Shown here: positions 48,957 through 61,852 of the stretch, in pieces
Layout of the letters: every line of letters starts with the position of its first letter
Numbering within the stretch: the stretch's first letter is position 1
Assembly (NCBI GenBank): GCA_963754925.1
Contig: CAVWHX010000006.1
Location: 117,407 to 181,406 of the forward strand
From: an uncultured delta proteobacterium
GTDB taxonomy: Bacteria > Myxococcota > B64-G9
DNA length: 64,000 nt
Direction: 5' to 3'
Notes under the pieces: model-generated
Database searches by the model: none
What the model was told of the DNA's origin: nothing
The model's input: only the letters and a program-made list of their open reading frames with translations
Translations under genes and position numbers: made by a program

Positions 48957-49880
48957 TTATATAAACGCACCGGTATAAGCCAACGGAGGCGGAAAGCAGT
49001 GAGCAGGAAAACATACATTGCGTTCTCCACGACGTAACCGCTCCGCAGCTGCTTGATACACTTCCACGAATTTTCTATAAACCAGCTTGTACAGCTTCCG
49101 GGTCAATCCATCCGCAGCATGGCACCACGGCGCCGGGGAGTGCTTCATTTTCAAGGGTCGCTCCCAAGGAGGTTGGGAAAGCACTTGCTTTACACCCAGT
49201 ACACCAGTTCCTTCTTTTTCCAGCCGCTCTTTGGTCTCGCACTCAATCTCATCCACGATGTTCTTTAAACGCTTGCGACGCTCATCATCATTGAGTGAAT
49301 CCCAACAAGACAGCGGAGCAAGTACTACCTCGAACTTAGTGGCAAACTCATATCGTTCGAATGTCTTTCCTTCCTTCCTCGCATTGTACTCGGCTGTCCG
49401 ATCGAACCAGGTCCCTTCCAGTTTCTTCCCTTCGAGTAGTGTCTTGACGCAATTCACTCCCGGCCAAGCACCAGGCTTTTTAACGAGGCCCTCTTTACAA
49501 CCATGCGCCAGTATGTACTTCACACGCACTACCAAAGACTCATCATCAAGAATCGGGATGGCCCGGTACCGTCGACCCCAGAACTTCTCTCGCCAATTAT
49601 GAAGCTTCCCGGTTTCACGAGCAATCTTTGAATTGATGTAATTCATAAAGCGGGACATGGTTTTGATGTCAGGTGTTGTGAGGATGAGATGCATGTGGTT
49701 GGAAGGCACCGTAACTACATGAAGCTGTAAATGGTATAGCGTCAGCGCTTTGCCGATAACGCCGAGAATGATCTCGTTGAGTTCCTCTGAAGGCCGCAGA
49801 AGCATTCTTCCGTGGATGCAACGACTTGTGATCTCGAACGTAGTTCCTGCATGGGGCATGTGACGAAGCGGCCGTGCCAT
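48957..49880 (-). CDS. Y1 HUH transposase, REP-associated tyrosine transposase (RAYT)-like
   Basis: MARPLR, ITSRC, SNHMHLI, FWGRRY, YI..H..K.GLV..P..WP. Confidence 0.85.
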   Translation of the reverse strand: MARPLRHMPHAGTTFEITSRCIHGRMLLRPSEELNEIILGVIGKALTLYHLQLHVVTVPSNHMHLILTTPDIKTMSRFMNYINSKIARETGKLHNWREKFWGRRYRAIPILDDESLVVRVKYILAHGCKEGLVKKPGAWPGVNCVKTLLEGKKLEGTWFDRTAEYNARKEGKTFERYEFATKFEVVLAPLSCWDSLNDDERRKRLKNIVDEIECETKERLEKEGTGVLGVKQVLSQPPWERPLKMKHSPAPWCHAADGLTRKLYKLVYRKFVEVYQAAAERLRRGERNVCFPAHCFPPPLAYTGAFI

Positions 49881-50139
49881 GCATGTGTAATTAAGCAAAA
49901 CGCTTGCCAGATTGGACTATGCGACAGACATCTTTATCCAACTACTTATATTAAAAAGCAAATATGTTAGAAACAAACGAAGGTGAATGTGCTGGAAATT
50001 TGCCCTGCTAATGATTCAGGTGTCTGAAAACCGGACAGTAGAAAAAGTTTAGGTGAGGCCTTGTCTTTCTGTGACTGGTCTTTTCCCCGAAATGGATGGC
50101 ACCTCTGATGCAGTCGCTTTATCGATGGCGAATGACAGC

Positions 50140-50541
50140 TCAGGGTTCGTTTCTAATACCTTTGGCCTTATCTATGGTGTGCAATGCCATCTCTTTCAAG
50201 CCGTCGTTTATTCCCTTGGGATTCGGACCGTACTGATTCTCGCCGGGTTGGCTGTCCGTCGCCAGGAATACCAAGAGAGCAATCGGCCCGATTATTGGCA
50301 CAAGGGAGATGAGGATCCAGCTCCCACGCCGGCCGGTATCATGGAGTCTCCTTACTGCCACTGCCAAGCTGGGGACACAGAGTGCTATACCGAAGAATCT
50401 CCCAATCCAACCCTTATGATCAACGAGTAATAGAACAATAACTATGATCAAGTTGAAGAGAAGAAAGATCCAGTATTCCTTCCGCTGAGCCCGGCCGCTA
50501 AACACGGCGTACTTCCTAAGTGGCTCAAGGTACCAATACAT
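50140..50541 (-). CDS. DUF805 membrane protein
   Basis: YA.FSGRA.RKEYW, AV.VRRLHDTGR, G.NQYGP.P. Confidence 0.92.
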   Translation of the reverse strand: MYWYLEPLRKYAVFSGRAQRKEYWIFLLFNLIIVIVLLLVDHKGWIGRFFGIALCVPSLAVAVRRLHDTGRRGSWILISLVPIIGPIALLVFLATDSQPGENQYGPNPKGINDGLKEMALHTIDKAKGIRNEP

Positions 50542-50947
50542 GCTGTCCTCCTGTACCTACAATGAAAGACATCAAAAAAAATCGAAACGGAGCCGTATAA
50601 GTTTGCAGAGTTTCATATTCTTACATCTATAACCAGTCACTTGAACTGTTGCAAGAGACGCGCGAAACCTAATCCTCCTCCACTCGACATATTGCTAACG
50701 TTCGGTTTGCACATTTTCGGACGTTCCGTCGCTTCTTTCCCCAGTTGGCGACTTTGTTGCTCATTTATGTTGAGTGTTCGGCATGGTCATTGATGGTACC
50801 TAGTTGGGCTATATAGCTGGAGGCTTCGATGAAAATCTGTGCTTGACGGTGCCGGTCGCTTTATCGATGGTACATAGTTGGGTACCCCCCGCACGCGAAC
50901 CGTTCATGTAAACCCCATAAGAAGAGCCACCTTTAGGGCAGGGCAGG

Positions 50948-51313
50948 TTATCGCCGTGCTCTCAACTTGCTCAAGAAATTATTATTGCTCAGCCATTGAA
51001 GTATAGCAGCCTCCTGTTGCTCCAACACCGTCACCGCCTCCTCAGGCGTCTGCCAAGGATCAGCGGTCGATATTACCCTGGCAAGCTCGAGCAATTCGCT
51101 CAGGCTATACCATTTGGTCGGTCGTGCCAGCGTAGCCACGTCCACAAAGAACTTCCCTCTTTCACTAATGAATCGCACCTTCATATGTGGTGCCTCAACC
51201 ACAACCTCCGAGTCGCCGAAACTCTGCGGCGCTTCGCTAAGCCAAGTTACTTTGAAACCCCGAGCCAACAGTGGCCTGATTGCTGTCTCAATCCGTTCTC
51301 GATAGCTAGCCAT
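50948..51313 (-). CDS. candidate immunity protein of RHS2
   Basis: TAATG overlap with the RHS2 stop; SFGD..V...VRFISERG. Confidence 0.7.
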   Translation of the reverse strand: MASYRERIETAIRPLLARGFKVTWLSEAPQSFGDSEVVVEAPHMKVRFISERGKFFVDVATLARPTKWYSLSELLELARVISTADPWQTPEEAVTVLEQQEAAILQWLSNNNFLSKLRARR

Positions 51314-54300
51314 TATGGTCCTCCTTTGATCAGTGCCGTTCCATTTGCGGTGGGGGTATAGCCCAGACTCATCAAGTAGTTGACCTCCTGATAGAAGCCT
51401 GATCCTAGTCGCATTTCTTCCAAGGGTGTTGCCAACCTAAAAATGTCCCCACGAGTTACGGCTTCGTCCAGAAAGTGCTGATTCGCTGCCCATTGTTCAG
51501 CTGGTGACATTGTTTTCCAAATATCCATTGGTACTTGGAAGATATTAGCGCCCAACTCCTCCCCCATCTTCACATATTCTGGGTAGTGCCCTATGACGGT
51601 GATCCCTTGAGTAGTAGCACTCTCTAATGTGGCTGCACCCCTTTCTTGCATCGGTGCACTATTCTCTGCAATTATTGGAGCTGCAGGTGCGAGCATCTCA
51701 TAAATCGCAGGACCTGCCGCTAAACCTATTGCTATACCTAGTGCCAGAAGTCCTATACCCCCAGCAATATAATCTACGTGATTATTAATCAACCAATTAG
51801 CAAGATCGAGCATCGGGTCATGCACTCTTGTGCCTTCGTTGTAACTGGCGTTCAAGACTTCTATTTGTAATATTTTAGCTTCCAAGGAGGTGGGCCCATC
51901 AGGCACGATCTGACTCATCGGATCTTGTGCTGCACCAACAGGTTTGGTCTCCTCGTTAGGCACAGCTACGCTTTGATTTGCCATGTTATCAAGAGATTGT
52001 CCAGAGGGGTCTGTCTTTGTCTCGGTTGTCTGGATTGATACACTATCATATGGGCTTGATTGAGTTGTCCCATTTCCAATCGGGTCACTGGGATTTCCCG
52101 TGTCGGCTCCTCCGAGAACATCATCGCCAGTACCAATACCAATATCAATATCATCTGATGGTGGGGGTGGGTTATCTGGTGGTGATTCTTCTGTAGGTTC
52201 CTCTGGCTCTGGGTCATGTCCTCTCGGATCCGTATATATTATTGGGTTGTTCCGGACGTAAGAGTAACGATTGAATGCCTGGGTATCGCGTATATTCGGA
52301 ATAATCGTGTCCGCACTCAAGAATCTTCCGATTGCCGGGTCGTAATAGCGGGATCCATAATAGTAGAGCCCCGATTCTTCGTCGAACTCTTGGCCGGTAA
52401 ACTTATAGGTGACCGTATCATTTTCCGTGGAATTGGCCTGTGAAATTTCACCGAAGGGGAGATAAACCATCCGTGTTACTTCGTTTCCTTTAGCATCGGT
52501 GATCACTGAGCTCGAATTGATGTGATTGGTGTGATAGTAATAGGTGCCGACTGCGGGTCCCAAGTTAGTGTTGTTGATTAGGTAGTTCTGGTCCCGAGAT
52601 ATCGCACCGATGCCCGTGCCGTTGCACGAGAAGATAGTGAAGGAAAAGACGAGCAGAATGGACGCGGCCACAATGCGCATTCGCGCGGCATAGAGTCTTA
52701 ACCGCCCGTCTTTGAAACTCAGGGAGCTGGCCAGTTGCGCCAGGATCCAAGCGGCAAAGGCCCCAAAGAGCGCAAGGATGAACCAACGCACCGCATGTGG
52801 GTGGAGAACGGCTGCCTTCAGAAGGTGAAACGTCTTGTTAGCTAACCCCGTAACACTCCCGCCATCGTACAAAGAGGCCATTGCCACTTCGCTGCGCCAC
52901 TGGTTGGCCGTATTGAACGCCGTGGCTTTGGTCCCTACTGGGGGGGTCACCGACGCAATACGCTGCCCGTTTGCGAATAGGTGAAGGGTTTGTCGCATTG
53001 CGGTACCGTCAGTATATGTCCGCTTTTCATACAGGTCGCCTATGTACGTCGTAATGACGGTCGGACCAGTGCTGACATGGGACCACTTAAGAGCACGCTG
53101 GCCATTGGTATCGTACGACATTAGCGCAAACGCCCCTTGGTTACTGAATGCCGATGTAAGACGATTCTCCGCACTCCAATTATAGGTCCAGGAGATCCCG
53201 TCGAGAGTCTTTTGGGTCATATTGCCTGCGGCGTCATAGGAGGCGCTCAGTTGGGTACCCGAGACGAGTTGTTGGCCTACGTAGCTCGTTTGGGACGAGA
53301 AATCTCGATTGACAACACCACCAAACGTCTGGACGTTGCCGAATGCGTCATAGGTATAAGCTTTCGTGACTTGTGTACCATTGGCTCCCCACATACCGGT
53401 TGCCTGCGTTAGTCGATACAGAGAGTCGTAGGTGTACGTCTGGGTCTCGTCGGTGTTCACCCCATTGACCACCGTGTTTGGCCGTTTGTCCGCGATGGAA
53501 TGAATATTCATTCCGTTCGTATTCGTGTACCAATCATAGTTAAGATTCTGGAGAGGAGTGCCCGCGCTGTTTGTCGTCGAAAGCGCGGTCAGATGGTTTA
53601 CCGCATCGTAGCCATACGTGGTACCAACGCCGTTGTGGTACGCTACATTCTGCGGTAAACCGCTGGCAGTGAAGTTCGACCAGGTGGCCGCGACGGTCCC
53701 GTTGAGGGACAAGGTCGAGAGATTACCCCCATTAGTATACGCATAGCTGGCGACCGAGTTCGAGCTGTCCGGGTACGTGATCTGTGTCGGGCGGCCAGCA
53801 AGGTCATAGGAAAACGTTTGTAAATACCAGCCATTGTCGCTGGCGTGTTTATACGGAAACCCAAACACGCCCCATCGCGTCATAGTAGTATTGTGTGGTC
53901 CCGCTGTTATCGACAAGCATCGTAAGCCGCCCGACCCCATTGGCATTACTGCCATCGTAAGTATAGGTGACAACACCCTCGTTAACACCCTGGCTCCCTG
54001 CCTGCTTGGTCTCGACGCGGTTGAGCGCATCATAGGTATAACTGACGGTCTTGCCGCCATTGGTTGTGCTCGTCAGGTTGCCAACGGCGTCATAGTTGAA
54101 CGTCGTGAGACCCAAATTCGGGTCGGTGACACTTGTTTTGCGGTTCAGAGAATCGTACGTAATACTCGTAATAGCGTTATTTGGCAGAGTGACGGAGATA
54201 AGTCGTCCCAGGGGATCGTAAGCATAGTTGGTTGCTTTATTAGTAGCATCTACCATGACAACAACATTCCCACGCGCGTCCGCTGCTTTCGTGGTCGTAT

Positions 54301-57300
54301 TGCCATTGGGGTCGGTTATGCTGGTAATCAGAGCCCGAGGGTAGGTCTCATAGGTAAGGTAGTTCCCATAGGTATAGGTATATAGTTTTCCGTCAGGCTT
54401 CGTCACGGTACTTACGCGGCCAGCAATATCGTAGGTTGTCGTGTGTCCACTGGGGCGTATCCCAGACACAATAAGGCAGGGAGGTTTTATATGGTCTGCC
54501 CGCGGAGTCTTTTTGGGTGTCGACCGCCGTGACACCTGAGGCGCAATCGCTCGGGGTCTGTTGCACTGAGTAGGTAAAGCCACTGCCATCGAAGAACTCG
54601 TTTTTCGTAATGCTACGCGAACCATCGACACTGGTCACAATCGAGTTGTAGAGGAGAGGCGTCCCGAAAGACCGTTAACTGGTTGAGGTAGGTGTATGTG
54701 GTAGTCCCCCCATCTGGACGTGTTTCTTCGTACAGCCGACCGAAAACATCATACGTTCGGGTGGTCTTTTGGCTATTGGGATCGGTAATGGTATATAACT
54801 TGACCGTCAGGCCAGTAGGTCATCTGTGCACTCTGAAGGAGTGCGTTCGTCACCGTTTGTGGATATGCGTGATAGGTAGCGTCATAGGTGGTAGTTGTAG
54901 TATGACCCAAGCTGTCGGTGACCGTTATCAGGTTGCCATAGGCGTCGGGGGTCATCTGGGTGGAGACAAGGCCGCTCGTTCGTTGACAGCCATTCGTTCT
55001 TTTGCGTGATGGAGTTGCCGGTCCAAATGTTAATCAATAAGCTGAGCGGAGTCGATCCCTGCGTCGTCAGCACGGAGTTGATACGGCCGAGGATCCAGTT
55101 CGCCGGGTCATTCGTATAGCTGGTCGTCACGGTGACCGTTGGATAACTGGTCAATCATCGTGATTAACGACGGAGGGATTGCCATAGTTATCGAAGGTCT
55201 GCACCGTCGTCGTTTGGGAGTTCACAATAGACCCGGCAACATAGTTATAGTTGGAGATAGTCTTTTGCTTCTCGCGAACGAACTCTGTGGCTTGCCCTGT
55301 AACCGCTTCCTGACCGGAATTGGGATCCACCAGGTCATAGGTGTAGGTCGTAGAGTTGAAAAGCCGTCTATCAGATGTGTAAACATCCACCTCGGAAATA
55401 TGGCCCTCAAAACCCGGGGTCTGATTGTAGGTGGTCGTCGTGTACTGGTGCGTTTGGCCGTCGGTGACCGTTATGGTAGCAAATCCGAGGTTCCTCCGGT
55501 TGGGTATTGTTCCTGGAGTATAGTCTGTTCCTGAAAACCAGCGCCCGTCGGTATATTGATACGTGGTGTTATAGCTGCCGCCACGCCCATCGGTCGTGGT
55601 CACTTTTGTGGCAAGTTGATGGGCGGCAGCGTTCGGCCTGCTGCCGTATGGCAAAGTGTTCAAGGCGTTGATCGCACCCGGCAGCTGCGCCGCAGGCGTG
55701 TACGTTACCGTCACCGTGCCGCCTATTCCGTTGTTTACTGAGATCATCAAATCCGGGTCCGCCGGGACCTGCCAAGCGACTGCAACTTGAGGTTCATCTG
55801 CACTCGAATGGCTGTCACCAGGCAGGAAATCCCACAGAATGTCAGGGCGGCCTTTGCCGTTAAGATCAGCGAATCGAACACCAGAATCCCATTCAGGACC
55901 ATCTTTTACCATGATACTAAAGTTCGCGGGAAGCGCATAGAGGCTACTCTTATCTGTCCAGCCGCATTCCAGTGTTGATCATGACACCATTTTGTAATTG
56001 CTGGTGTACTTGAAAAATCTGCGAATCCCCAAATAAGGTCCGCCTTGCCATCTCCATTTAGATCGACGATTCGAAGTCCGGTATCACAATTCGATAATTC
56101 GGCGGCAAACATGCGGAGTAAGTTCACATACTGTGTTAGAGAAGCGATGGAATTTGTATAGTTTGTATCCTTAACAAATCCATAACCAGTATTGATCACA
56201 CACCCCACTATAGGATAGCCGATTAGCGGAGATTTCCCTATATTTGTAGACGAGATCGGGCTTACCATCCCCATTGATATCGGCGATTCGGAGTCCGTCA
56301 GTATCAGCGCTGGGGTAGGTACCCTTACTGTAAGAAAAAATATGCATTAGCATCCAGAAGAGTAATATCATAATTTGGGTTATACGCCCACTCACATTTA
56401 GTGGGTAGGACAGTTCTGATAACCTTTATTAATCCATGCACTCCCATACAAAGCCGCAGTGTGCGGTGTCATGTGCTTGAATGAGATCCGGCCTGCCGTC
56501 TCCATCAAGATCGGCCAACCTTAATCCATTATCCCAACCGTTAGGACTATTGTTCTTATCCAGCCCAACGAAGTCAGCGGGGGGAGTGTACTGAGTAGAG
56601 TAAAGGGCTGAAAAGCCATCACCGGAATTGATAAGCGCACCTCTAAGGTTAGTTGAAGATAAACCAGCTCGGTATATGGCGCAGCCTGTGCACCCCCATA
56701 TCAGGTCCGGCCGACCGTCACCGTTTAGATCAGCGATTCGAAGCCCACCATCCCAGCTGTATGGATAGTACTTGCCAGAAACATCTTGAGCGTTGGCGCG
56801 GCCAGCGAAAACAGGTGCAGAGTTGGGATCAAGATGACCAGCTCCAACCGCAAAATAATCATGCGGGGACCCATGCGCATCCAGTCCCTGAACAGTTGCC
56901 GCCGTTATTTATCCAAGCATGCATAATAATGTTATCCGTGGGGGTGGAGGGATTTGTTAACCCGTCATAGTTTTCAAAGGCCAACAGCAGATCCGGTAGA
57001 CCATCGCCGTTGAGATCCACAAGCCGGAGACCATAGTCCCAGCTTGCTCCTGATTCGCTGTAATAGCCTGAGAAATATACACCTACAGGGGGGTCCCATT
57101 GGTCGTGTTCCACCCAGCCATAACCAGGAGTATTGATCCAAGCCCCTCGGTTGGGCGCTCCATCGACCTCCCATCCTTGAATAAGGTCTGGGAGCCCGTC
57201 GCCGTTTAGATCGGCGATTCGATACCCTCTATCATAACCCGTGATTGAAGGATATTTGAAACCGAGTTGGTCAATAGGTATGGCAGCTCCTGCAAATGCA

Positions 57301-58302
57301 AGGGCTGGACCTGATGGAATTTGGGATGAATTAGTTCCGGTTTGCCAGATGAACATCTGGGGCGGCAATGAAGTGACTCCATCACTACCGAACTCGGTAA
57401 CAGCAACCAACCTGCTGCGGCCGGTTGCGGTGGCCGGACAAACGCTCGTACTGTCGCCACAGTTGTAATCGAGCTTATATTGCCTGATTAGCGTTCCCTC
57501 AGAGCAGAATGAGGTCGTGCTCGTGCAGCCTGACTTGACTATAATCCACTTAAGACGATATGGGTAGTTGCATAGTCGCTTTGAGCGTAGTTCGGATCGT
57601 TATCGGTGCGAGTCTCATATCGTAATAGAACCGCTCGGAACGTGTTTAGGCCGGTTCCCATAGTGTAGTTGATCTGGACTGGGTAGATCCTTCCGTTGGC
57701 GCTGTTGTTGTTGTACGTCACATTGTACGAATTTCCGAATAGGTCAACTGACCTGTGAAAGGCCCCAGGTCTTTACACTCGCTCGACGACGTGCTTGAGT
57801 AGTTGGGAATCAGTTGTGTTTCCATATTTAAGTTGGACTCCACTACGGTCAACGGCGATCCACCAACATGGTCCGCGCCGGTCAGCCGAAGATTCCGGAT
57901 GGCACGAAATTCGTGAAGCTTTCCTTCTTCAACCGATAAGTACCGTCTGTCAAGCTTAATCAAGACCCCAAGGTCCGAATGGCAGTACGTGTCGTATCCG
58001 TTGTAGTTAATGCCATTGCCATAATTACAGCGGGTGATTGAGGACAGGCCTTCCAATGCCCAGCCCATCCCCACATCGCCGTTCCCTCTCCCGGAGTCGT
58101 ACGTCAAAGCAAGGTTCGGCTGCATGCCATGTGTTCCCGGCGGAATTTTGATCGGGATGCGATGGGTGAATCTGCCCTGAACCACATCCGCGGCAGCTAT
58201 TGTCGGTAGAACAAGGAGAAGAATCAAGATGTACTGGACGAGCCTTCGATGCAAAGAAAGTATTGACTCAATACCTTTTCTCCCACCTTGTTCTGGATTC
58301 AT
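51313..58302 (-). CDS. RHS2: signal peptide, SpvB-like N-terminus, FG-GAP repeats, TcdB-mid-like region, YD repeats, RHS core and toxin tip; broken by many frameshifts between 53.8 and 57.9 kb
   Basis: [33 protein letters not shown] repeats; [35 protein letters not shown]. Confidence 0.85.
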
Positions 58303-58375
58303 GTTACCTCCATACGCTATGAGGTTATAGATTTATCTCTCCAGGAATCAATCGTCGTTTACCTACTTTGCATAA

Positions 58376-58471
58376 GTGCTTGCCCCATTCTTGTATTTGA
58401 ATACCTATAGAGGAAGGCGACTACCTGAAAACTACCCCAATAATGCCAAGAAGTTATGTGGCAAATTGAGC
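58376..58471 (-). promoter_or_regulatory. conserved RHS-operon promoter, second copy (two repeats)
   Basis: homologous to 47326-47432; CTACC repeats at 58421 and 58432. Confidence 0.75.
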
Positions 58472-58520
58472 AATGAGCAGGCTGGCTTTTTTTAATGGGC
58501 AAATGGAAGAACAGCCCTTT

Positions 58521-61500
58521 TTAGGTATCCTTCATGAGATCGGCATAGAGGTGCTCGGTTTCCTTGGTTAGTGGGTAACCGAGTTCATCCGCTATCGCCT
58601 TTTTACCGTTCTCATACGTTTTCATGAGCATTTTCTTGTTTCCCAACGCACCATAATAACGCATAAGACGCTGGTACAGCTCCTCGATCGCTGGTTCGAT
58701 AGCGAGATGGCGCTCGCAAAATTCAACTGCCTGCAGGTATTGTTTGTGGTGTTCGTAATAGCTAATAATACTGACCAACATCGATAGATACAGCTCTTTT
58801 ATATGTTCACGTTTCTCGATACACCAATTCTCGTACGGATCCTCGGCGAGAAAATCACCCTGGTATAAACGTGCGGCTTTGAGTAGCTGAGAGATCCTCT
58901 CGTGGGGGTCGCTTGTTTTTTTAGCTTGGTCTCCGGCATGGAAAAACGCGTCGACGTCCACCTGCCCCCCGTTTCCCAAATTCAAACAATACGCATCGCC
59001 AAGGCTTTGAATATAAGCCGAAGGAGTGCCGTGCTCGATCTGGGGCTCTAATATCTTTCGCAATTTCGCTAACGCAACATGGAAACGTTTTGCGGACGTT
59101 TTCGGATGCTCATCCGGCCAAAGATGCTCCATAAAAACTTCCTTGTTGACGTAACCGGATTCCCGATAGTGGATAAGGAGAAGAAAGAGCATCTTGATTT
59201 TTTTGTTATTCCAGCTATGCGCCGGAATTACCTCGTCACCGCGACGGACAATAAATCTTCCAAGACAGGAAACGGTTAGGCTTGGTGGACTGAGATGCGG
59301 AATCTGACGCAGGATTGTTTTTGCAGACTGAGAGACACGAGTGTTACTCGATCGTTGTAAGCGGCGCAACTCGGGTTCAGCCTGAATACCCATGCCGATG
59401 ATTAGTTTGACTATGTATTCTTTCAATTCACCCTGGGCATAGAGCGCCGTCAACAGCGGAATGATCCAATCACGAGCATTGATGATATGCTCATCATATT
59501 GATTGGCCTCAGCGATTTTGAGAGCGTGTGGTAGGTATGAAAGAGCCTTTTCGGTCTTGCCCTGTTTCCACCAGATTTGTGAATAGAAAGAGGCACTATG
59601 GAAATCCACATAGGTACTATTATGTGGAAGTGATTCAATTTTTTCTAATTGGCATAGGGCTTCTTTATAGTTTTCGGTAATTGAAAGGAGAGAGACAGAA
59701 CATAGATACAGGAAGGAGTGACTTAAGAGTGAAGAAGAGGTAGTATTCGGTTATCTCAAGACCCTCATTGATTGCTTTTGCCGCCGCCTCGTGATCTCCC
59801 ATTTGCATATAGTACTCAAAGAAGGCACGGTAACAACTCGCTTTGCCATAGGGAGAATCATCTCTTTGAAAGAAAGACAAGGCTTCTTCCACAAATGCTA
59901 ACGCCTCTTGCATCCTGCCTAATTTAGAAGCATTTAATGAAGCGAAGACCATTAACCAGCCCGAATATAAGTCTTTATATCCTCTTTCGTTAGCAATACG
60001 TAATCCGTATTCAGCAGATTCCAAACTTTCTTTAAAGCGGCCAAGAAAAAACAATGATCCTGATAGCAAAATGCGACTATGGCCGATCAGATAGTCAATA
60101 TCCAACTGTTCCAAAAGGGCGATGGCCTTTTTAGCTAACTCGGCAGCTTTAACATAATTCCCCACAAAGTAGTACCGAAAGCCGTGGGCTGAATCGAGAA
60201 ACGCCCGTGAGATTTCCTGTTCTCTGCCGGCTAACATACTGAGGATGCTTAACCCCTGATGATAGTACAAATCGGCCTCATCAAATTTAAGAAGGTGTGC
60301 AAGGGCAATCATCAGGTATCCTATGTTTAATATGGACGCGAATGCAGGCAAGCCATGTGTTGTTAGTATTTGCTTTAGGATTACCTCGGCCTTAAGGAAA
60401 TCTCCTGTAACTAAATGGTGCCTCGCCAATTCGTTATAACAGAGCCGGATTCCAGATTGATCGTCTTGTTTTTGGAAGAGCAAAAGCGCTTTTTGAAAAG
60501 TCTTTAAAGCTATTTGATTTTTTCCGCCCAGTGCTTGTATATGGCCCTTGATAAATACCAGCCATGGTTGTTCCTGCCAATATTGATCGGGGATTTTTTC
60601 AAGATACGAGTTTGCCAGGTGAAATCGTCCCTGCAAACCCACCGATGGCACCAAATAACCTAAAACCCTGGCGGCGTGTTCAAAAGCTTGTGACGCGATA
60701 TAGTGTTTGAGCGCCTCCTCGTACTCGAAGTTTTCCTCGTACAATTGGGCCGCCCTATGGTGAAGCTGAAAGATTTCTTCTCGCCCAATTTCAGTTTGCA
60801 CCTTGGACTGTAGAAAACCTTGGAAAAGACGATGATAATAAAACGAGTTATGTTCTTCATCAAAGGAAAAGGTAAATAGGTGGCTCTTTTCAAAATTGAC
60901 TAACATCTCTTGGGCGTTATTGACCTGCAAATATTTATTACAAAAGTCACTATTAATGCAGAAAGGATCGATGTCCTGGTAAGAAACGTCTTTTTTTCTT
61001 CGGACAGCGAGTTATACACATTTTCTGCGAGATAGGTGGAAATAATCTCTGTGGAGCCTTTAAGCTTACTCGAAGGGTGGTATCAATATCGGCTGAACTT
61101 TTGCCAGCTAACGTATGGTAGAAAAGGATGAGGCCGGAAACCCACCCACCTGTTTTGTCGCAGAGCATTTCAAGGTAATCTTGACGCAAGGGAATATCGA
61201 ATATCTGTCGATAGAGCTGATCTATTTCTGGCGGGGTAAAAGCCAGAACATCGGAAGAGATATCGATTAACTCGCGCGTGGCCAGCAGAGCGGGAAAGGG
61301 GTAATTCGATCTGAGTGCGGCTAATCAGGATGAGATGGACGGCTGGGGATAGATGCTCGATAAGAAATGCCAGCCAAGATTGTACATCAGAGACTTCTTG
61401 TGTTTCTTGCTATGGGGCATCCCCTGATTGTTTTGGATGAGGTGATAATCATCGAGGACCACCACAAGTTCCTTTGAAACGGTTGCTTCCAATTCATGTA

Positions 61501-61852
61501 AAAAGGTGGTGAGGACTCCCATTTGTTCTTGGTTGACGACACGAGGGTCTTCGAAACGACGAAATGTTTTTTCACCAAACGCGGGATAGTATTTTTGGAT
61601 GCCGGTGATAAGGTAACTGAGAAAGGTGACAAAATCTTTGTCCGAGCTACTGAGACGATACCAGACGACATCCCGATTTTGAACAGCTTGGGCGACAAAT
61701 GTGGTTTTGCCATAGCCAGCTCCAGCGGTGACCGTCGTCAATCGCTTGTGCGGGATTTGATCGGATAATTCCTGCAATCGTTTTCGCTGAATGGTATCTT
61801 TTATTTGTGGAATAATCAGCTTTGATTGTAATATATTTATCCGTTGAATCAT
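58521..61852 (-). CDS. MalT-like STAND ATPase-TPR regulator with C-terminal wHTH-BTAD (SARP-type) domain; frameshifted into at least four pieces
   Basis: SKL..P...I.R.RL, AGAGYGKTT, VLDDYH, T.GW, YH.LF; C-terminal L.V.CLGRF, LWP, LRK.LE, LY.GDFL, E.LYQRLM. Confidence 0.85.

Noticed and set aside
34479..50882. classical integron
   Set aside because: No tyrosine integrase and no recognisable attC (RYYYAAC...GTTRRRY) palindromes were seen
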